A stretch of 64,000 bases of DNA from the IMG/VR virus record IMGVR_UViG_3300037264_002228, positions 34,444-98,443 of that record. The stretch is one strand, 5' to 3'. The notes under the pieces were generated by a model. The model was not told the origin of the DNA. It ran no database searches and was given only the letters and a program-made list of their open reading frames with translations. Source of the stretch: a virus. Both the position numbers and the translations under genes were made by a program. Of the stretch, positions 59,165 to 64,000 are shown piece by piece; the first letter of the stretch is position 1, and the number at the start of each line of letters is the position of its first letter.

Positions 59165-59180
59165 AAAGTATTTCACTTCA

Positions 59181-59577
59181 GTAAAGGATGCGGACAATCG
59201 CGGTCATAAGTGATCGAGGAAAGTCCCGGCTCCAAAGAGTAAGATGGTCGCTAACGGCGGCACAGCGTAAGCTGATGGAAAGTGCCACAGAGACTATTCC
59301 TGCTCAAGTCAAGTGATTGTTGTTGGCGGCGTAGCTCATGATGCCTCGCGAAAGCAGGAGGCTAGAAGTAGAAGTCAACAATTTATTGTGAGCAGCTTGA
59401 TAAGAGTAAGGGTGAAAAGAGGTAAACCCCATCTGGAGCAAGGCTAAATAGGAACACTGGGCTACTCGCTCGATAAGTGTTCGGGTAAGCTGCTTGAGGG
59501 TACCAGCAATGGTATTCCCAGATAGATGATTGTCACCCATAATATGGGTACAAAACCGGGCTTATAGCATCCTTTAC
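59181..59577 (+). ncRNA. rnpB: RNase P RNA (bacterial type-A-like, lacking P13/P14)
   Basis: P1 GTAAAGGATGC/GCATCCTTTAC; GAGGAAAGTCCCGGC, AGTGCCACAGA, GGGTGAAA, GGTAAACCCC..GGAGCAAGG, GGGTAAGCTGCTTGAG, AGATAGATGATTGTC, ACAAAACCGGGCTTA in the canonical order. Confidence 0.95.
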
Positions 59578-59585
59578 AACTTGGA

Positions 59586-59627
59586 GTGGTTGGAGGGCTA
59601 ACGCAATGTTAGTCCCTCCAACCACCA
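59586..59627. terminator. strong hairpin between convergent transcripts
   Basis: GTGGTTGGAGGGCTAAC-GCAAT-GTTAGTCCCTCCAACCAC; no U tract on the plus strand. Confidence 0.45.
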
Positions 59628-59636
59628 TGACGGGGG

Positions 59637-60071
59637 CTAATTTTCTATTTTATTTGCAATATTTTGAATTGGGTTTGGCCCACTACAAGCAGACTGTAGG
59701 ATGTTTGTTATGTTGTCAATTAACTCATCGTCAGTCATCTGTGAATGCTCGTCATATAATTTACTAAATCTCTCTGATAGAAATGGTTTAATATCGTTTT
59801 CACCATTTGGATTTATTAGTTGTATAAACCATTTCTTTGTGGTAAAATGTTTAACAACATAACAAACAAATGGGTTTCGTCCTTTGTAACCAAATTCATC
59901 GTCGTCATGTAAACCAAATGATTGGTGGTCTTCATGTTCAATAGCGATACTTGCTTTATTAGTTCCTTTTAAATGTTTTAGATCAAGTGAACGATGTTCA
60001 ATAGGTTGTCCTGCATACCAATGTGTGTACATTAATTCTATCTTTAGACATTCTGGGATTTTTTGATTCAT
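59637..60071 (-). CDS. hypothetical protein (GLHDDDEF motif)
   Basis: 144 aa; shares motifs with the adjacent ORF. Confidence 0.6.
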   Translation of the reverse strand: MNQKIPECLKIELMYTHWYAGQPIEHRSLDLKHLKGTNKASIAIEHEDHQSFGLHDDDEFGYKGRNPFVCYVVKHFTTKKWFIQLINPNGENDIKPFLSERFSKLYDEHSQMTDDELIDNITNILQSACSGPNPIQNIANKIEN

Positions 60072-60078
60072 AAATTAA

Positions 60079-60534
60079 TCAATAATCAATTTTATTAGCA
60101 ATTTGTTGTATTTGGTTCGGTGGACACGAATTGTTTAAATAATCGACAATAGTTTGTTTAATGTTTGATGTAGATTTCTTATAAATTTTTTCTATTTCAT
60201 CTACCATTCTGTGATCTGTTTCGTTATATCGACCGCCGGTAATAACATCAAATAAAAACCAATAATCAAAAAAGACAGTCTGTTTTGTGACAAGTGGTTT
60301 CTTACTAAAATGTAATGTGATGCCAGAATTACGACCACTATTGCCAAAAGTATCGTCATCATGAAAACCAATATTTGTTATGTGATCATTATGGACGATT
60401 CTCATTGATATAATATCGATTGGACGTTCAGTATTATATGATGCATTGTCTAATATGTTGATGTCATTAGTAGTATCTACTATGTTTGTGCCATGTTTTC
60501 TAACAATTTTGATGCTGAAACAATTTGGGACCAT
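60079..60534 (-). CDS. hypothetical protein (GFHDDDTF motif)
   Basis: 151 aa; shares the HDDD motif and C-terminal IQxIANKI with its neighbour. Confidence 0.6.
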   Translation of the reverse strand: MVPNCFSIKIVRKHGTNIVDTTNDINILDNASYNTERPIDIISMRIVHNDHITNIGFHDDDTFGNSGRNSGITLHFSKKPLVTKQTVFFDYWFLFDVITGGRYNETDHRMVDEIEKIYKKSTSNIKQTIVDYLNNSCPPNQIQQIANKIDY

Positions 60535-60550
60535 AAAATATTTTCGACAC

Positions 60551-60624
60551 GCGGGTGTCGTTCAATGGTAGGACCCTAGTTTTCCAAACTAGAGATGTCG
60601 GTTCGATTCCGTCTACCCGCACCA
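60551..60624 (+). tRNA. tRNA-Gly(UCC)
   Basis: GCGGGTG/TACCCGC, loop TTTCCAA, A73, CCA. Confidence 0.9.
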
Positions 60625-60625
60625 A

Positions 60626-60702
60626 GCCCCTGTCCCGTAACTGGATAACGGCCTTGCCTACGAAGCAAGTAAATATAGGTTCGAATCCTATCAGGGGTAC
60701 CA
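60626..60702 (+). tRNA. tRNA-Arg(ACG)
   Basis: GCCCCTG/CAGGGGT, loop CTACGAA, GGATA in the D loop, CCA. Confidence 0.9.
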
Positions 60703-60732
60703 ACAGTATTTAATATTATAAGGAGATTTCTT

Positions 60733-60918
60733 ATGATGTCAACTACAGAACGGGCTAAGCGTAGCCGTGCTATGAAGGCGTTTCACGCTCGTCGTCGTGA
60801 AGCTAATGAAAGTCGGTCATACACTCTACGTGACTATTGGGAGTTCAGCGAGGAAGCTATTGCACATCGTGCGAAGCTCAGCCGCGCCATGAAGCGTTGG
60901 TGGCGTGCGAATCGCTAA
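60733..60918 (+). CDS. small Arg-rich protein with internal repeat
   Basis: AGGAG RBS; RAKRSRAMK / RAKLSRAMK duplication. Confidence 0.7.
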   Translation: MMSTTERAKRSRAMKAFHARRREANESRSYTLRDYWEFSEEAIAHRAKLSRAMKRWWRANR

Positions 60919-60930
60919 GTAGTATCAAAT

Positions 60931-61001
60931 AGGTCGTTGGTGTAATGGTAACATTGCTGCCTCCAAATCAGTAGATGAAGGTTCGATTCCTTCACGGCCT
61001 G
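60931..61001 (+). tRNA. tRNA-Trp(CCA), no encoded CCA end
   Basis: AGGTCGT/ACGGCCT, loop CTCCAAA, TTCGA, G73. Confidence 0.85.
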
Positions 61002-61018
61002 AATTTTTTAGGTGATTA

Positions 61019-62017
61019 ATGAAATTATTGGTTACAGGTGGTTGTGGTTTTATTGGCTCTAATTTCATTCGATACGTACTTGGAAATCGCGATTACAGCA
61101 TTGACAATCTAGATGCTTTAACATATGCTGGAAATCCAGATAATTTAAAAGACCTTAAAGAAGATCGGTATAAATTTTACCATACTTCAATTACCAATAA
61201 AATTATGGTTGATGATTTAGTAAGTGGTGTCGATGCTGTTGTAAATTTCGCCGCAGAAAGCCATGTTGATAGAAGCCTGTTTGGTCCAGAAGAATTCATA
61301 AACACGAATGTGCTGGGTGCTTCTTATGTTCTGGAATCTGTAAAAAAACACAAAAAACGTCTAGTGCATGTTTCAACAGACGAAGTTTATGGCTCAATTG
61401 AGACTGGCATGTTTAATGAGACAATGCCACTTCATCCAAATAATCCATATTCTGTTACCAAGGCATCAGCCGACATGATGATGAAAGTTTATTTTGATAC
61501 ATTTAAAACAGATGTTGTTGTCACTCGTAGCTCAAATAATTATGGTCCTTATCAATACCCAGAAAAATTCGTCCCATTAATCATCACGAATGCTTTAGAT
61601 AACAAGCCAGTACCAGTTTATGGCAAGGGAGATCAAATTAGAGATTGGCTACATGTTACAGATAATGTTAGAGGAATCTTGTTTGCTCTAGAACATGGTA
61701 AGGCTGGTGAAGTTTATAATCTCGGCGGTAGTAATGAGCGCACTAATTTTGAAATGGTAGAGACAATATTAAAATTAATGGACAAACCATTGTCTCTTAT
61801 ACGTTTTGTAGAAGATCGCCCAAATCATGATAGAAGATACGCCATTAATCGTTCTAAAGCATTCAAAGAATTGGCGTGGGAACCACTAATTGATTTGAAT
61901 ACAGGCATTAAGGTTGTAATAGATTGGTATAAAAATAATAGTACATGGATTAGTAACGTAAAATCTAATATAGAATTAAAGAAATATTATGAACGACAAT
62001 ACGGAAAAACGCAGTAA
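61019..62017 (+). CDS. rfbB: dTDP-glucose 4,6-dehydratase
   Basis: VTGG.GFIGSNF, D.LTYAGN, FAAESHVDRS, VSTDEVYG, PYS.TKA, SNNYGPYQ.PEK, RDWLHV.D. Confidence 0.95.
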   Translation: MKLLVTGGCGFIGSNFIRYVLGNRDYSIDNLDALTYAGNPDNLKDLKEDRYKFYHTSITNKIMVDDLVSGVDAVVNFAAESHVDRSLFGPEEFINTNVLGASYVLESVKKHKKRLVHVSTDEVYGSIETGMFNETMPLHPNNPYSVTKASADMMMKVYFDTFKTDVVVTRSSNNYGPYQYPEKFVPLIITNALDNKPVPVYGKGDQIRDWLHVTDNVRGILFALEHGKAGEVYNLGGSNERTNFEMVETILKLMDKPLSLIRFVEDRPNHDRRYAINRSKAFKELAWEPLIDLNTGIKVVIDWYKNNSTWISNVKSNIELKKYYERQYGKTQ

Positions 62018-62133
62018 AAGAGAACGTAGAAATAGACGCAATAAGCGTGAAAAGTCTGTTATGGATTGGTTGATTGGGTCTCTGAAAAGTGTCGATGGAC
62101 GGTTATCTGATAGAAGAAAGAAAGAACGCAGGG

Positions 62134-62361
62134 ATGCTAGATAAATATCGACTATATTTACAACATTTACAAGAAACAGTACACGAACGCGCAAGACAAT
62201 TGAGACCTGAAATACAACGTCTTGCAGAGGGCGGGTATAATAATACTGAATTAGACCAAAAACTTATTAGGTTTATTGCATCAACCATACTTGCCGATTT
62301 AGCACTAGAAGAAGGCGATATTCTTGGTGAGGGATTACCTAAAGATGACGATCCAAAATAA
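62134..62361 (+). CDS. hypothetical protein
   Basis: ATG 62134 within ORF 62089..62361. Confidence 0.45.
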   Translation: MLDKYRLYLQHLQETVHERARQLRPEIQRLAEGGYNNTELDQKLIRFIASTILADLALEEGDILGEGLPKDDDPK

Positions 62362-62370
62362 AAATATTAT

Positions 62371-62562
62371 ATGATGACAGGCACATGTAACGATTGCAGA
62401 CTAGGTGCGCACGAGAATTGTAAATTGGTAATACCATCTGATAGTGGGATGTTGTTTTGCAGCTGTGAATGCGGCGGCATGTCACTTGGAGCACCTACAG
62501 GGTCGATGCCAAAAGTTCCAGACGAAATTAAAAAAGAATTCCCAGAATTACCACCGCAATAA
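62371..62562 (+). CDS. small Cys-rich protein
   Basis: CNDC..H..C..CSCEC. Confidence 0.5.
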   Translation: MMTGTCNDCRLGAHENCKLVIPSDSGMLFCSCECGGMSLGAPTGSMPKVPDEIKKEFPELPPQ

Positions 62563-62576
62563 CCAAAAATACTAAC

Positions 62577-63089
62577 ATGAAGCTATCGTGTTTGTTTCTA
62601 GAGTCAAAGAAAATACTTAAACATGTTGGTATATTCGTTAAACTACCAGAAAATCTAGCTAGTAAATTTAAACGCAATAGTGAAGATACTAGTAAACCAC
62701 ATATTACAGCACTCTATCTTGGTGATAAACATTATTCAGACGAAGACTCAATAGTAGCTGCGGCCTATGAAATAGCCAAAACAACTAGTTCATTTAATAT
62801 AAAATTTGGTGAATTAGGATATTTTGAACACGACGATCAGACAGTAGCGTTTACAAAAGTTGATTCAGATGGGTTGCGTAAACTACGAACTGCATTGATT
62901 CGTGCAATGAAAAAACATGCAGTAAAATGGGAAGATAAATGGGGGAAGTTTAATCCGCATATCACATTGGATTATTTAAAATGTGGTGACACATGGGAAG
63001 AAAATGTGCCATCTGGGTCATGGACTTGCAAAGAATTAGAAGTATGGGGATTTGATAAGAAACATATTATCAAATTCGAGAATTCATAG
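62577..63089 (+). CDS. 2H phosphoesterase (LigT/Acb1 superfamily)
   Basis: Two HxT motifs: KPHITALY and NPHITLDY. Confidence 0.88.
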   Translation: MKLSCLFLESKKILKHVGIFVKLPENLASKFKRNSEDTSKPHITALYLGDKHYSDEDSIVAAAYEIAKTTSSFNIKFGELGYFEHDDQTVAFTKVDSDGLRKLRTALIRAMKKHAVKWEDKWGKFNPHITLDYLKCGDTWEENVPSGSWTCKELEVWGFDKKHIIKFENS

Positions 63090-63163
63090 CATGAATCTGG
63101 ACTAAAAACCAGAGTAATGCCAAAATGGTAAGTTTGGCACTGATATTTTGCAAATATACATAT

Positions 63164-63844
63164 ATGAACGATGCTTTTCTTAAAAGATTGAATGAATCAC
63201 TAGATTTTAAGCAAGATCCAGAGAAATCTAAGCGTTCAAAATGGTGGCATGGAACACCTGATATTACCAACATCGGTCAAGAAGGTATCAAAAGAGGCAC
63301 ATACATTGGCAATTTTGACACAGCCTTAGCATATGGTTCAAATCGTATAGCTGGCACGTTAACTGGTAGTTCTAAAAAAACAATGAATGGAGGGGAATAC
63401 AATAAGAAATTTTACGTAGTAGAAATATTAGTCCAAAATAACCTCAGCCCTGATGAAGATGAACTAACTAGGCTACAAGCTCATGATCTGAACCCAGAAG
63501 ATTTAGAGAAAGTAAAACAACACCATACTAAAGAAAATGAACTATCCGCTGGTATAGCCAAATCATCCAAGCCTGACCATATGAAGCATTATTACGATTG
63601 GTGGAGTAGAGCGCGTGAATTTTCGAACACTTTGAAGTTACAAGATACACATAAACAGTTTAGAGCTAAAACTTCAGAAGCCATTGGATTTACTGGCGAT
63701 AGCAGAATTGTCGGAATTTATGAAATGAGCCTTGTCCAGAAAGGGCGAGATTCTTTTGCCGTCGTAAAAGCAGTGTACAACAAAGGCGGATCAATTAAAG
63801 ACGGTGAGGAATTCGATTTAGCCTGGCTGCATACCTACTTATAA
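63164..63844 (+). CDS. hypothetical protein with ADP-ribosyltransferase-like motifs
   Basis: WWHGTP..I...GI..GTYI..FDTA.AY..YVVEI; ATG 63164 follows CAAATATA. Confidence 0.45.
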   Translation: MNDAFLKRLNESLDFKQDPEKSKRSKWWHGTPDITNIGQEGIKRGTYIGNFDTALAYGSNRIAGTLTGSSKKTMNGGEYNKKFYVVEILVQNNLSPDEDELTRLQAHDLNPEDLEKVKQHHTKENELSAGIAKSSKPDHMKHYYDWWSRAREFSNTLKLQDTHKQFRAKTSEAIGFTGDSRIVGIYEMSLVQKGRDSFAVVKAVYNKGGSIKDGEEFDLAWLHTYL

Positions 63845-64000
63845 TTAACTCTGTCCTACGTATTGAAGACTAAACTTATTTTTTCTTAAAATTGTTGTAC
63901 CAAGATTGAACACCAGACGCTAAAGTCATTGTTGGCATTCCAAGACACAAATAAAACGCAAACCCCAATAAGTCCTGGTTCATGGCCATAAAACATGTAC

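Noticed and set aside
57262-59540. ORF-track entries overlapping the structured leader, tRNAs and RNase P RNA
   Set aside because: Explained by GC-rich RNA genes; no protein motifs. Only 58466..58774 looks coding.
1-64000. Genome-wide TAG reassignment (code 15)
   Set aside because: Long genes are uninterrupted in the standard code and TAG ends well-defined enzymes at expected lengths; only the Pth-like gene shows an internal TAG.
1-64000. CRISPR array, integrase, transposase, introns or inteins
   Set aside because: No spaced direct repeats or recombinase motifs seen; terminase, nrdJ, helicase and capsid genes are continuous and of ordinary size.

Overview
AT-rich 64 kb segment of a large (probably jumbo) T4-like myophage genome, read in the standard genetic code. 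1-33 kb is core machinery: primase, tape measure and baseplate module, class II ribonucleotide reductase, UvsW-like helicase, gp55-like late sigma factor, terminase, portal, a very large prohead core protein, protease, scaffold and major capsid protein. 33-64 kb is accessory: host-like metabolic genes (acyl-CoA dehydrogenase, kdsA, kdsD, pncA, pncB, purB, rfbB, dCMP deaminase, MazG-like, McsA), a dispersed family of about 13 small paralogous ORFs, 16 tRNA genes, a phage-encoded RNase P RNA and two unexplained structured RNAs. The strongest lead is at 42.7-43.9 kb: an amber suppressor tRNA (anticodon CUA) lies about 300 nt upstream of a Pth2-like peptidyl-tRNA hydrolase gene whose Shine-Dalgarno-linked start reads ATG-ACA-TAG, so the full enzyme appears to need amber readthrough at codon 3. 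Kdo genes together with McsA suggest a diderm host such as a PVC-group bacterium (inference). All calls come from reading motifs by eye; no searches or folding programs were run.
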